Shown: in pieces, positions 1 to 8,645 of the stretch
How positions within the stretch are numbered: the stretch's first letter is position 1
Layout: the number at the start of each line of letters is the position of its first letter
DNA from: Propionibacteriales bacterium
GTDB lineage: Bacteria; Actinomycetota; Actinomycetes; Propionibacteriales; Nocardioidaceae
Direction of reading: 5' to 3'
Assembly (NCBI GenBank): GCA_038253325.1
Contig: JBBSHE010000015.1
Span: 1,402 to 65,401 of the forward strand
DNA length: 64,000 bases
Program-made: the position numbers and the translations under genes
The notes under the pieces: model-generated
Seen by the model: only the letters and a program-made list of their open reading frames with translations
What the model was told of the DNA's origin: nothing
The model's database searches: none

Positions 1-65
1 TGCTGTCGGCGGCAGCAAGGCGGACGCGGACCCCGATGCGGCTCGGCTGAACGAGCGAGCGGCGG

Positions 66-983
66 TCAGAGGAGGTAGGCGTGGTTCGCGGCGATCGCTT
101 CGGCGGCGTGCACCATCTGGTCGCCGACTGGTTGCAGCCCGATTGAGGTGGCGAGAAGCCCGGTCGAGAGCCGCTCGATGACGCCCCACTCCCAGATCGC
201 TTTCGCGTCGAGCCCGGTGCGGGCGGCGAGCCAGTGAGCTCGCTGGTGTGGGTCGTCCCGCAACAGTTCGACGGGGTCCTCGCGCATGATGATGCCGAGG
301 TCGTACTCGGGGTCGGCGAGCAATCCGTCCGGATCGATCAGAGCAAACCCGTCAGCCGATTCGAGAGTGTTCCACTCGTGGACGTCGCCGTGCACCAGTC
401 GAGCGCGTTCGTCGTCGTGCGACGCGATGCGACTGGCCGCACATGCCAGTGCATGGTCGACCGTCCGCCCGGAGCAGGGACGTCCCAGCGACTCCCATGT
501 CGCGGTGATGAAGTCGACGAGCCACCGGCCCTTGTCAGCTCCCGTCGGTAGACCGCAGTCGGGTGCCGGACGCCAGACCCTGACGGTGACGTCACACAGG
601 ATCTCGTGGCGGCGGCGGATCGGTAGCCCGAGCTCGTGGAGCGATCGGCCGAGGCGCTCCAGGAGCAGCGCACCTCGATCAATGTCGTACCGCAGTAAGC
701 GCACGCAGCCGTCACCATCGGCCAGCCGCAGCACCGTGATCTCATTGCCGGCTGCATCTCTGCCGCGCGGGATGATCACCTTGAGCACGGCTGGTTCGCC
801 GTCGACAGTGGTCGCCTCAGCGACGTACCCCTCAGTCGCGTCATCGAATGCCGTACCCACGGTGATCCCCCAATCGCGTTCCAGCGTGGCGACCAGCGAA
901 GGAAGGTCGTTGAGCCACCGCTGGGCGCCTGCATTGAGCGCCTTCCGGCGAACTACCTCACGAATCACGACGACCATCCACAC
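66..983 (-). CDS. aminoglycoside (streptomycin-6-type) phosphotransferase family kinase
   Basis: 305-aa ORF. It shows APH/kinase motifs 'LVHGDVHEWNTL' (HxDxxxxN) and 'ALIDPDG', and an N-terminal 'WLNDLPSLVATLERDWGI' typical of APH(6)-like proteins. The exact start (983/977) is uncertain. Confidence 0.85.
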   Translation of the reverse strand: MWMVVVIREVVRRKALNAGAQRWLNDLPSLVATLERDWGITVGTAFDDATEGYVAEATTVDGEPAVLKVIIPRGRDAAGNEITVLRLADGDGCVRLLRYDIDRGALLLERLGRSLHELGLPIRRRHEILCDVTVRVWRPAPDCGLPTGADKGRWLVDFITATWESLGRPCSGRTVDHALACAASRIASHDDERARLVHGDVHEWNTLESADGFALIDPDGLLADPEYDLGIIMREDPVELLRDDPHQRAHWLAARTGLDAKAIWEWGVIERLSTGLLATSIGLQPVGDQMVHAAEAIAANHAYLL

Positions 984-1075
984 AGTCTCCCGGCCGCAGC
1001 TACCGAGTCCACGCCGGCGTCATGACATCGATCGGACAGGTGCCATCCGTACCAACGGATGAGAATGGCTGTGGC

Positions 1076-1816
1076 TCAATTGGCTGGCTTCTGCCAGACC
1101 GAGACATGCTTGCGGCTCTCGCTGGTGAACGGGTGGCGTGTCCAGTCCGCCCACCGGTCGCGCAGGTGCAGCCCGGCCAGCTGTGCCATCAAGTCGAGCT
1201 CGGCCGGCCAGACGTACCGGAACGGGATCGATCGGAACTCGCCGCGGCCGTCGACGACCTCGACGTAGTTCGAGCTCATCGCCTGGGTGGCGACGTCGTA
1301 AACGTCGTACGCCCACCCGGTCCGGCTCACCTGGAACGGCACCACGTCTTGTCCCGGTGGAAGCAGCCGCAACTGAGGCACCCCGACCTCGATGACGAAA
1401 CAGCCGCCCGGGTCCAGGTGGCCGGCGACGTTGCCGAAGCAGGCAACCTGCGCCGCCTGGGTGATCAGGTTGTTGATCGTGTTGAACACCAGGTAGGCAA
1501 GCGAGAACCCGCCGTCGACCCTGGCAGTGGCGAAGTCGCCGATCGTCACCCCGATCGCGTCACCGCCGGGCTTCGCACACAGCCGGGCCACCATCGCCCG
1601 TGACATATCGATGCCGTGCACAGCGACTCCACGACGTGCCAGCGGCAGTGCGATCCGTCCGGTCCCGATTCCCAGTTCCAGGGCCCGGCCGCCGCCGGCG
1701 AGCTCGGCCAGCACGTCGACCGCCGCCTCCACCACACTCGGGTCGAACATCGACCCCTCTGAGTCGTCATACCTCTTGGCGACCCGCTCGCCGAAGTAGC
1801 CATCCTGGTTGTCCAT
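1076..1816 (-). CDS. class I SAM-dependent methyltransferase
   Basis: 246-aa ORF with SAM-binding motif I 'LELGIGTGRIALPLARRGVAVHGIDMS'. Confidence 0.85.
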   Translation of the reverse strand: MDNQDGYFGERVAKRYDDSEGSMFDPSVVEAAVDVLAELAGGGRALELGIGTGRIALPLARRGVAVHGIDMSRAMVARLCAKPGGDAIGVTIGDFATARVDGGFSLAYLVFNTINNLITQAAQVACFGNVAGHLDPGGCFVIEVGVPQLRLLPPGQDVVPFQVSRTGWAYDVYDVATQAMSSNYVEVVDGRGEFRSIPFRYVWPAELDLMAQLAGLHLRDRWADWTRHPFTSESRKHVSVWQKPAN

Positions 1817-1907
1817 CGCCGGACCGTACCGCCAACACTTGCGACGATGCCAACCGGTTTTCTGTACGCCGCTCGTCCTAGCCTGAGCGTGTCTCTGGCA
1901 GCGGCAG

Positions 1908-2435
1908 ATGCGAATGTTCGAGCACCCGGCGCGGAAGGAATGGGACCAGATGGACGAGCGCGACTGGCTGACAGAGCGTTTCGAGGAAGACCGTTCTCGG
2001 CTGCGAGGAATGGCCTACCGGATGCTCGGCTCGGTCGGCGAGGCCGATGACGCCATGCAGGAAGCCTGGCTGCGAATCAGTCACGCCGAGAACCAGCGGC
2101 GTGAAGAACCTCGGTGGGTGGCTGACCACGGTGACGGCACGGGTGTGCCTGAACGTGCTGCGCTCGCGTGCGCGGCGCCGATCTGGCCAGCCAGCGTCGA
2201 GTGGTCGACGCGTTTCTGGCCGCCTCCCGCGGCGGGGACTTCGAGGGGTTGTCGCATTGCTCGATCCAGAGGTGGTGCTCCGAGCCGACCGGGCGGCCGG
2301 ACTGTGATGGCCCACCGCGAACAGCTGTCCCTGGCACTCGGCTTCACGATCACGGATGGCAAGATCATTGAGATCGACGTGATCGCGGACCCGCGTCGCC
2401 TCCGTCAACTCCATGTCGCCGTTCTTGACTACTGA
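1908..2435 (+). pseudogene. ECF-type sigma-70 factor (SigG/SigJ-like with SnoaL-type C-terminus), frameshifted and internally deleted
   Basis: Recognisable peptides are split over three frames. 'DERDWLTERFEEDRSRLRGMAYRMLGSVGEADDAMQEAWLRISHA' is in frame 1908 and 'NLGGWLTTVTARVCLNVLRSR' in frame 2047. 'VVDAFLAASRGGDFEGL' is in frame 2168, 'ALLDPEVVLRAD' in frame 2047 and 'LGFTITDGKIIEIDVIADPRRLRQLHVAVLDY*' in frame 1908. Only 528 nt remain in total, so sigma regions 3/4 are missing. Confidence 0.75.
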
Positions 2436-2545
2436 CACCACTCCGCCGCCCGGCTCAGTTGACTTTGCCGCCGATGAAGACCTGCGCCCCGGTGACCCGG
2501 TGGGCGAAAGCCGCGCATGAGCTCTGAGCGGTGAGTCGACCGGGG

Positions 2546-2947
2546 TCACCGGAGTGAGAGCTGGTCGAGGCCGACACAGGCAGCAATGGCTTCGAAGTCC
2601 GCGTCCTTGTGCACCAACGTGGCACCGTACCGGATGGCGACGGCGGCGATCAGGCAGTCGTTGAGTCTCCGTACGGTTCGACCCTGGCCCCTCGCCGTTC
2701 GATAGATGCTGGCCGCATCGCGATAGTCCAGCTCGGGGATCACGGACAAGGTTGGCAGCCCATCGGTGAGTCGCTCGACGTTGGACAGCTCCCGAGGGTT
2801 CAAGGCACCGGCGAGCAGTTCCATCACGATCGGCTCCGTGATTGCGGGAATGTCACCGAAGCCGAACCGCTCGCGGAGATGACTGGCTGCTCTCCCCCGC
2901 ACGCCGCGTAAGTAGTCGACCCACACCGAGCTGTCGACAAGATTCAC
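2546..2947 (-). CDS. vapC: type II toxin VapC (PIN-domain ribonuclease)
   Basis: 133-aa ORF starting 'MNLVDSSVWVDYLRG' (PIN N-terminal acidic motif). It overlaps the upstream antitoxin gene by 4 nt. Confidence 0.9.
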   Translation of the reverse strand: MNLVDSSVWVDYLRGVRGRAASHLRERFGFGDIPAITEPIVMELLAGALNPRELSNVERLTDGLPTLSVIPELDYRDAASIYRTARGQGRTVRRLNDCLIAAVAIRYGATLVHKDADFEAIAACVGLDQLSLR

Positions 2948-3165
2948 GGCGCGGTGTTGGACCGGTCCACCCGCGTGGAGCGCATCTCGGAGAGGTCACC
3001 GCTCCAGCCGGAGCCTTCGAGCGCGAGCAGGAAGTCTCGGCCGAGTGCTGGACCAGCCGCGCGCCGCAGAGCGAAGTTGACGGCCTCCCGTTTTGTCCGG
3101 AGGTGGTAGCGCTCCATGACGGCGATCACGAGATCATCATCCAAGTCGATGTTTGTGCGGGCCAT
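2944..3165 (-). CDS. vapB: type II antitoxin VapB
   Basis: 'MARTNIDLDDDLVIAVMERYHLRTKREAVNFALRR' is a typical VapB N-terminus. The ATG at 3165 was chosen over the ORF-track start at 3180. The stop overlaps the vapC start. Confidence 0.85.
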   Translation of the reverse strand: MARTNIDLDDDLVIAVMERYHLRTKREAVNFALRRAAGPALGRDFLLALEGSGWSGDLSEMRSTRVDRSNTAP

Positions 3166-3198
3166 ACACCAAACGTACACCTCACGAGGTTGAAGCGT

Positions 3199-3429
3199 CT
3201 ATTGAAACTTCACTTGATTCTCTTCGCAGCCGGCGACGAACAAGCCGTCGGTGTCCTCGTTGGTCAGGAGTGCCTGGATGGCCTGCTCGCGCCACATCTG
3301 ACGACCATCCGGCTGAGGCTCGGTCCAGCCGTCGTCCGTGTCGACGGCCTTGTACCCGCGGGCGACCAGCTCTCGAACGACGCTCGACTTCCCGCTGCCC
3401 GACATTCCCGTGAGAAGGACTCGCTTCAC
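3199..3429 (-). pseudogene. P-loop AAA/shikimate-kinase-like ATPase, 3'-truncated fragment
   Basis: 76 aa with Walker A 'LLTGMSGSGKSSV', ending abruptly at 'FVAGCEENQVKFQ*'. From memory, full-length relatives are about 170 aa. The truncation point abuts the vapBC cassette. Confidence 0.6.
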
Positions 3430-3499
3430 GTTCGGAAGCGTACGAGCCTTTCACGATTCGGACCGGGCCGTCGGTCCCGTCGATAAGGTCGGGTCGATC

Positions 3500-3718
3500 G
3501 TGCTCCAGGAGCGCTACGCTCGAGACGTGTCACGAAGCGTGTTCCAACGTGTCCACAATCCGCGAAACCGCGAGTGTGGCTGCGACCCGGATTGCTGGTG
3601 CCGTCGAACGGCGCTCGGCCGAGCCGTCAAGTGGTGGTTCCCTGCCAGGCTTGTCGGGTTGCATCACAAGAACGATGCCGTGGCCGCCTGGAAACAGGGT
3701 CACGCCCAAGGCCCATAG
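3500..3718 (+). CDS. hypothetical small Cys/Trp-rich protein
   Basis: The in-frame tail of ORF 3338..3718 reads '...NRECGCDPDCWCRRTALGRAVKWWFPARLVGLHHKN...'. Possible GTG starts are at 3500, 3527 and 3539. Third-position GC is moderately high. No family assignment was possible. Confidence 0.35.
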   Translation: MLQERYARDVSRSVFQRVHNPRNRECGCDPDCWCRRTALGRAVKWWFPARLVGLHHKNDAVAAWKQGHAQGP

Positions 3719-3862
3719 GCCGAGCCCAGCCGCGGCTACGTCGACCATCAGCGGGATCCCGGGCTACCCGGTCGGCCCAGACACCGAACAGGAACGCGCC
3801 TTGCGGACGCAGAGCGCCACCGGTCTCGCCCCCCCCCCGTCCGTACGGTTGACGGCCCGGCC

Positions 3863-4060
3863 TCAGGTTGCCGTGAGATCCAGCGTCATCACGCGCTCGA
3901 TCGGCTCGCCGGCGGCCTCGGGGACACGCCCACGGTCGACGAATCCCAACCGCTGGTACCGCCGGATCGCCGCGGTGTTGCCTTAGACCCCCTGCAGGAT
4001 CAGCACGGTGGCACCGGTACGTCTCCCCCATGTCGCAACCGCGTCGATGAGCGTCGCGCC
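3863..4060 (-). pseudogene. GNAT acetyltransferase C-terminal remnant with in-frame stop
   Basis: The minus-strand translation is 'GATLIDAVATWGRRTGATVLILQGV*GNTAAIRRYQRLGFVDRGRVPEAAGEPIERVMTLDLTAT*'. This is the GNAT motif A/B region, with an internal TAA at 3983-3985. The N-terminal part is absent; the fragment abuts the AKR gene stop at 4065. Confidence 0.6.
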
Positions 4061-4064
4061 GCGA

Positions 4065-5012
4065 TCAGCCGATGTCGTCGAGCAGCCGATCAAGCGCGTC
4101 GAGGTCATCGTCGGTTGGCTCCCACCCGACGGCGGCGCCGTTGGCCCGGACCTGCTCCGGACCGGTCGCGCCCGCGATCACCGAGCCGACCGTCGATTGT
4201 GCCGCAAGCCCTCCAATTGCCAGCGTCAGCAGCGAGACATCGCGCTCGGCGGCGAACCCTTCGAGTGCCTCGATCCGGTCGAAGTCGGCGTTGTCGAGGC
4301 GCTGGCGCTGCGCTTCCAGCCGACTCCCCGTCGGGGCTGACTCGCCCCGGCGGTACTTTCCCGTGAGCAGGCCGTACTCCAAGGGGAAGTACGGCAGAAC
4401 ACCGACACCCAGCTGCTCACAGGCAGGGACGAGTTCCAGCTCGACCGACCGCTCGAGCAACGAGTAATGGTTCTGTGCGCTGATGAAGGCCGTGAGTCCT
4501 GCGCTGCGGGCGGTCCAGTCAGCATCGACGACTTGCCAGCCGGAGAAGTTGGAGCTGCCGACGTAGCGAACCTTGCCCTCGACCACCAGCTCGTGCAGAG
4601 CGTTGAGCGTCTCCTCAATCGGCGTGACGGGGTCGGGAGCGTGCATCTGGTACAGGTCGATCCAGTCGGTGCTGAGACGAGTAAGGCTTGCTTCGACGGC
4701 CCTCCGGATGTAGCGACGCGATCCGCGAACACCCCAGTCCGGCCCGTTGGCACCGCGCATGTCCATCCCGAACTTGGTCGCAATGACGACGTCGCCGCGC
4801 CGGCGTCCCAGCGCCTCGGCGAGAAGCTCTTCGCTGGTTCCCATCCCGTAGGTGTCCGCGGTGTCGAACAACGTGACGCCCTCGTCGAGCGCTGCCTCCA
4901 CGACCCGCGCGGTCTGGTCCGCGTCGATTCGGGTGCCGAATGCGTTGCAACCCAGGCCAACAGTGCTGACCGTCAGTCCCGAGTCTCCGAGCTGGCGGTA
5001 CGTCATGGTCAC
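4065..5012 (-). CDS. aldo/keto reductase
   Basis: 315 aa. It shows 'YRQLGDSGLTVSTVGLGCNAFG', 'LFDTADTYG' and 'IDLYQMHAPD', which are canonical AKR signatures. Confidence 0.93.
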   Translation of the reverse strand: MTMTYRQLGDSGLTVSTVGLGCNAFGTRIDADQTARVVEAALDEGVTLFDTADTYGMGTSEELLAEALGRRRGDVVIATKFGMDMRGANGPDWGVRGSRRYIRRAVEASLTRLSTDWIDLYQMHAPDPVTPIEETLNALHELVVEGKVRYVGSSNFSGWQVVDADWTARSAGLTAFISAQNHYSLLERSVELELVPACEQLGVGVLPYFPLEYGLLTGKYRRGESAPTGSRLEAQRQRLDNADFDRIEALEGFAAERDVSLLTLAIGGLAAQSTVGSVIAGATGPEQVRANGAAVGWEPTDDDLDALDRLLDDIG

Positions 5013-5090
5013 CGCGACAGCGTATCCGGCGCTCCGTAGAGGCGATGGGCGACGGTCTGTCTCGGTGGCACAGCACGGCCGACGAGCAGG

Positions 5091-6338
5091 TTACGTCGAG
5101 CCGGCCACCTGGTCGTTGCGCCACAGGTCGAAAAGACCTCGGAAGTGGCCGAGGAACCGCTCGACCTCGTACGCCGGGTACGTCGTCCGGACGATGTCGG
5201 TGAGCAGTCGGTCGAACCCCGGCGACTCGACCCACTCCCGCACGATCTGGTCGATGTCGGGCAGTGCGTTCGCCCGGAACTCGTGGTACTTGTCCGTCTC
5301 AAAATGGGCGTCGGCCAGCTGCTGGTATGCCACCAGCTTGTCGTCGTACGAACGGTCCTCGTCGTCGGCGATCGCGAACCACGGCTCGGTGTCGACGTTC
5401 GGCCGGGTACGGCGCTCGGACGCCACACAGAACGCGGACCAGGCCACCAGCGCGGTCATCGCCCACGGGAAGTAGTAGTGCAAAGACGTCACCGCGACGT
5501 CGGGACACGCATTGGCGTAGTCGATCGGCAGCACGTCATCGCCCTGGACCAGCATTTCGCAGGAGTTGAACTCCCACCGGAACAGCGCGTTGACCGTCTG
5601 CGAAATCGTGATCGCCTCCGTGCCGGCTCGGGCACTCAGGAAGTCGTGCTCGACGGCGTAGCGGTCGTGCATCGGCTCCTCCGGCCGGAACTTCATCACC
5701 ATCGTCTCGGGCCCGATCGTCAGCGCTCGGGCGAATACGTCGTACGGCTCGACCGACTGCTGAAGGTGCATCAGCATCTCTCCCGACTCGTCGTACGCAC
5801 GGAGCAGCTCGGCCTGGTCATGAATCCGCGAGACACCGCGCCATCCGCCACCGTCGAAGGGCTTCATGTACAGCGGATAGCCCATCTTCGCGGCGATCGC
5901 CGCGAGGTCGAACGACGTGTTGTAACGCTCGGCGGTGTAGGCCCAACGCACGTTGTCGACTGGGTGCTTGTACGGCACCAGCACCGTGTCCGGCACCTTC
6001 ATCCCGAGTCGGATCAACGCACAGTAGGCGGAGTGCTTCTCCATCGACTGGAACGAGAACGGCGAGTTCAGCAGGTAGACGTCGTCCATCAGCGCGATCT
6101 TCTTCAGCCACTCGCGCGGGTGGTAGTACCAGTACGCCAGCCGGTCGATCACCAGGTCGTGACGGGCCCGGTCGCGCAGGTTGAACGGCTCGATTCGGAC
6201 CCGTTCGGTGACGAGCTCGTGGTCGGCGCCGCCGTAGGAAAACACGCCGATCCGCCGGACGAGCTCCTCGAACGCGCCTGGCCAGTCCTCCTCCATGCCG
6301 AGCAGAAGGCCGATCACATGACGTCGCGGTCCGGCCAT
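5091..6338 (-). CDS. ATP-grasp domain protein of unknown substrate
   Basis: The start is reassigned to ATG 6338 ('MAGPRRHVIGLLLGMEEDW'). The ATP-grasp core reads 'GYPLYMKPFDGGGWRGVSRIHDQAELLRAYDESGEMLMHLQQSVE'. It lies 1 nt downstream of the preceding esterase gene. Confidence 0.8.
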   Translation of the reverse strand: MAGPRRHVIGLLLGMEEDWPGAFEELVRRIGVFSYGGADHELVTERVRIEPFNLRDRARHDLVIDRLAYWYYHPREWLKKIALMDDVYLLNSPFSFQSMEKHSAYCALIRLGMKVPDTVLVPYKHPVDNVRWAYTAERYNTSFDLAAIAAKMGYPLYMKPFDGGGWRGVSRIHDQAELLRAYDESGEMLMHLQQSVEPYDVFARALTIGPETMVMKFRPEEPMHDRYAVEHDFLSARAGTEAITISQTVNALFRWEFNSCEMLVQGDDVLPIDYANACPDVAVTSLHYYFPWAMTALVAWSAFCVASERRTRPNVDTEPWFAIADDEDRSYDDKLVAYQQLADAHFETDKYHEFRANALPDIDQIVREWVESPGFDRLLTDIVRTTYPAYEVERFLGHFRGLFDLWRNDQVAGST

Positions 6339-6339
6339 C

Positions 6340-7086
6340 TCAGCAGAACCTCGGCAGATGGTGCGCGAGTTGTCGCCGCCACCACGGCCAGTCGTGCGCG
6401 ACGTCGTGACCCCAGAGGTCGAGCTCGCAGCGGATGCCGACGGCATGGAGCTTGGCCGCCAGATCCTTGGTGGATGGCAGCGCACCGGTCGGGTGCGTCT
6501 CCCATTGACCCTGGCCGCACACGAGCAGCAGCGAGACGCGTTCGCGCAGCCAGGCCAGGTGGTCGCCGTGCAGGTGTGGCACGTAGTCGGCCGGGTTGGC
6601 GAAATATGCGGAGTCGCCCCGCCGGCCGTGTGCGTGCCACGTCCCGACGTCGTAGTTGCCGGAGAACCCGATCGCAAGCGGGACGAGATCGGCACGCTGA
6701 AGGCAGAGGTGGACCGCGTGGTACGCACCGAGGCTGCAGCCGAGGGCCATCAGGTCCGGTTCACCGGAGCAGTCGTCTGCGATCCAGGGGATCGCCTGCT
6801 GCACCAGCCATCCCGTGTAGTAATCGTGGCGTCGGGCGCGCTCTTCGATCGACGCGTCGCGGTTCGCCCAGGACCACCCGTCGAGCGAGTCGACACAGTA
6901 GAACTTCACCCGGCCCGCCTCGACGAGGTCGGCGACCGCGCCGACCATCCCATTGCTCTCGAAATCACAGGCCCGACCCGCTTCGCTGGGAAACACCAGC
7001 ACCGGGCGCCCGTAGTGCCCGTACGCGATGACGCTCAGCTGCTGGCCCGATCCCTCGAGAGGCAACTCGACCCGCTGGCGTCTCAC
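6340..7086 (-). CDS. esterase family protein (esterase D / PF00756-like alpha/beta hydrolase)
   Basis: 248 aa. It has the nucleophile-elbow-like 'LGCSLGAYHA' and 'YGRPVLVFPSEAG', and sits in an operon with the ATP-grasp gene. Confidence 0.8.
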   Translation of the reverse strand: MRRQRVELPLEGSGQQLSVIAYGHYGRPVLVFPSEAGRACDFESNGMVGAVADLVEAGRVKFYCVDSLDGWSWANRDASIEERARRHDYYTGWLVQQAIPWIADDCSGEPDLMALGCSLGAYHAVHLCLQRADLVPLAIGFSGNYDVGTWHAHGRRGDSAYFANPADYVPHLHGDHLAWLRERVSLLLVCGQGQWETHPTGALPSTKDLAAKLHAVGIRCELDLWGHDVAHDWPWWRRQLAHHLPRFC

Positions 7087-7152
7087 CCGACCATCCTGGC
7101 CGACTTCTCCACGCTCGCAATCCGAACCTCAGGACCAGAACTCCACCCGTGG

Positions 7153-8250
7153 TCAGGTCCAGCAGATCCGGAGCAGGTCGGTCACGGCCGGTTCCCAGGA
7201 GTCGCGCCACGCCGTGTAGTTGTGCAGGTCGGCGACCTCCGTGAGGTGCACGTCGTAGCCCGATGCGGCCAGCATGGCGGCCATGGCACGGTTGTTCGCG
7301 GCGTTCTCCTCCAGCCGGCCGCAGGTCATCGCGACCGGCATCGACGGCCGCTTCGACGACTCGGCCACGATCTGCTTCACGCCCTGGGTGACGGCCCCGA
7401 ACCAGGGATACGACGACTCCTGGGGATCGAGGGCCGGTGAGAAGAATGATCCGGACTGCGCGACGACGCCGCAGAACTCGTCCGCGTCGGTAACCGCCAG
7501 CAGCAGCGCGCTCAGCCCGCCGAGACTGGCGCCCATCGCGACCGTCCGGCCGGGGACCCGCGGCCAGCGACTCGCGACGTCGGCGAGCGCCCGGCGTTCC
7601 GCGGCGAGATAGGCGGCGTTCGCGGCGTACCACTCGTCGCGGTCGACCGGCTTACACAGCATCATTCGGAACGCCGGCAGCGTGCCGCTGCTCACCATCG
7701 ACTGGGCGTACCGGTCGAGGTCGGCCAGGGCGACGAACTCAGGCCCGTCGTGGACCAGCAGCAATGGCGCCGGTTGGTCGCGGACGAGTCCTGCCGGTGA
7801 CCAGACCTGCACCGGGAGGTCGCCGACCTCGTCGGTCGCGGCGACGTGGTCCACGAGCAACCCGCGGTCCTCCCCTGGGCCCGCGGCCGACAGCCAGGCG
7901 GGCGGCTCATACCCGGGCATGAGCACGACGCTGCGCTCACCGAACGCGGTCGTGACGGATGCGTCGTTGCCCGAGTCGAGGGTCACGACCGTCGAGCCGT
8001 CGGCCGTGGTCACCACGAGCCGATACTCGATCCGCTGCAGATCGGGCCGTGGCAGGCTCAGCGCCCAGCCCGGTCTGGACCGGCGGAAACGGCGAGGCCC
8101 CACGATCGCATCGTCGCAGTCGAGGGCGACCCGGCGGATCTCCCGGCCGACGTCGTCAGCGGTGAACACGACGCGCGACTCCTCGATCGAGACCGGGCTC
8201 ACGCGGCTGCCCCTGGCCCGCGCACCGGGCCCGGCGCCTCGTTGCAACAT
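7153..8250 (-). CDS. enterochelin-esterase-like alpha/beta hydrolase
   Basis: 365 aa with 'LLLVHDGPEF' and the nucleophile elbow 'AMGASLGGLSALLLA'. There is an N-terminal beta-rich domain. The start could be an internal GTG ('VSPVSIEESRVVF'). Confidence 0.75.
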   Translation of the reverse strand: MLQRGAGPGARARGSRVSPVSIEESRVVFTADDVGREIRRVALDCDDAIVGPRRFRRSRPGWALSLPRPDLQRIEYRLVVTTADGSTVVTLDSGNDASVTTAFGERSVVLMPGYEPPAWLSAAGPGEDRGLLVDHVAATDEVGDLPVQVWSPAGLVRDQPAPLLLVHDGPEFVALADLDRYAQSMVSSGTLPAFRMMLCKPVDRDEWYAANAAYLAAERRALADVASRWPRVPGRTVAMGASLGGLSALLLAVTDADEFCGVVAQSGSFFSPALDPQESSYPWFGAVTQGVKQIVAESSKRPSMPVAMTCGRLEENAANNRAMAAMLAASGYDVHLTEVADLHNYTAWRDSWEPAVTDLLRICWT

Positions 8251-8287
8251 CTGCCTCGGGACATCGAACCGATCCTATCGCTCGATC

Positions 8288-8319
8288 GTTGATCAACATA
8301 CCTGCCCGATTTCGGGCAG
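8288..8319. promoter_or_regulatory. two palindromes in a divergent promoter region
   Basis: A perfect 10-bp palindrome GTTGATCAAC lies at 8288-8297. A 7-4-7 inverted repeat CTGCCCG-ATTT-CGGGCAG lies at 8302-8319. Both sit in the 108-bp gap between the esterase operon (minus strand) and the 8359 ORF (plus strand). Confidence 0.3.
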
Positions 8320-8358
8320 AAACTTGCCGATCCGGCCACGGTCGCGCACACTTGAAGG

Positions 8359-8619
8359 GTGCCCCCCGACGACCTGCTGCGTCACCTGACGGCGACCACC
8401 GGCCTGTCGACATCGGAGGCCGCACGGGTCGTCGACGACGTCGTCGCCTACTTCACTGATCCCGTCGAGGAGGTCGTGCGCCGCCGCCACCGCGACCTTC
8501 AGACCCGTGGCGTGAAGAACGTGCAGATCTTTGCGACGATCGCGGCCGAGCTCGAGCATCGCCCGGTCGCCCCTGCCCCACTCAGCCAGCGCCAGCTCCG
8601 CCGGATCGTCTACGGCTGA
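8359..8619 (+). CDS. conserved-looking hypothetical protein upstream of glmS
   Basis: 86-aa ORF 'MPPDDLLRHLTATTGLSTSEAARVVDDVVAYFTDPVEEVVRRRHRDLQTRG...'. It has a balanced composition, unlike the antisense shadow ORF 8293..8628. Confidence 0.55.
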   Translation: MPPDDLLRHLTATTGLSTSEAARVVDDVVAYFTDPVEEVVRRRHRDLQTRGVKNVQIFATIAAELEHRPVAPAPLSQRQLRRIVYG

Positions 8620-8645
8620 ACCATCCATCCGAAAGGGTCGCCTCG

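Noticed and set aside
3627-4031. 134-aa minus-strand ORF in the track.
   Set aside because: It is an Arg/Gly/Pro-rich shadow frame. The same DNA in another minus frame gives the recognisable GNAT remnant.
5145-7031. 628-aa plus-strand ORF opposite the ATP-grasp and esterase genes. Similar long antisense ORFs occur at 9627..11303, 11243..12739, 13469..14785, 18683..20167, 24667..26049, 27515..28747, 36397..37614, 40471..41715, 56337..58412 and 58290..59270.
   Set aside because: They have the Arg/Pro/Gly/His-rich low-complexity composition typical of high-GC shadow frames. In each case the opposite strand encodes a protein with clear family motifs.
8620-8645. Looked for a glmS ribozyme upstream of glmS.
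   Set aside because: Only 26 nt separate the upstream ORF from the glmS ATG, and no ribozyme core is present. The element is not expected in Actinomycetota.
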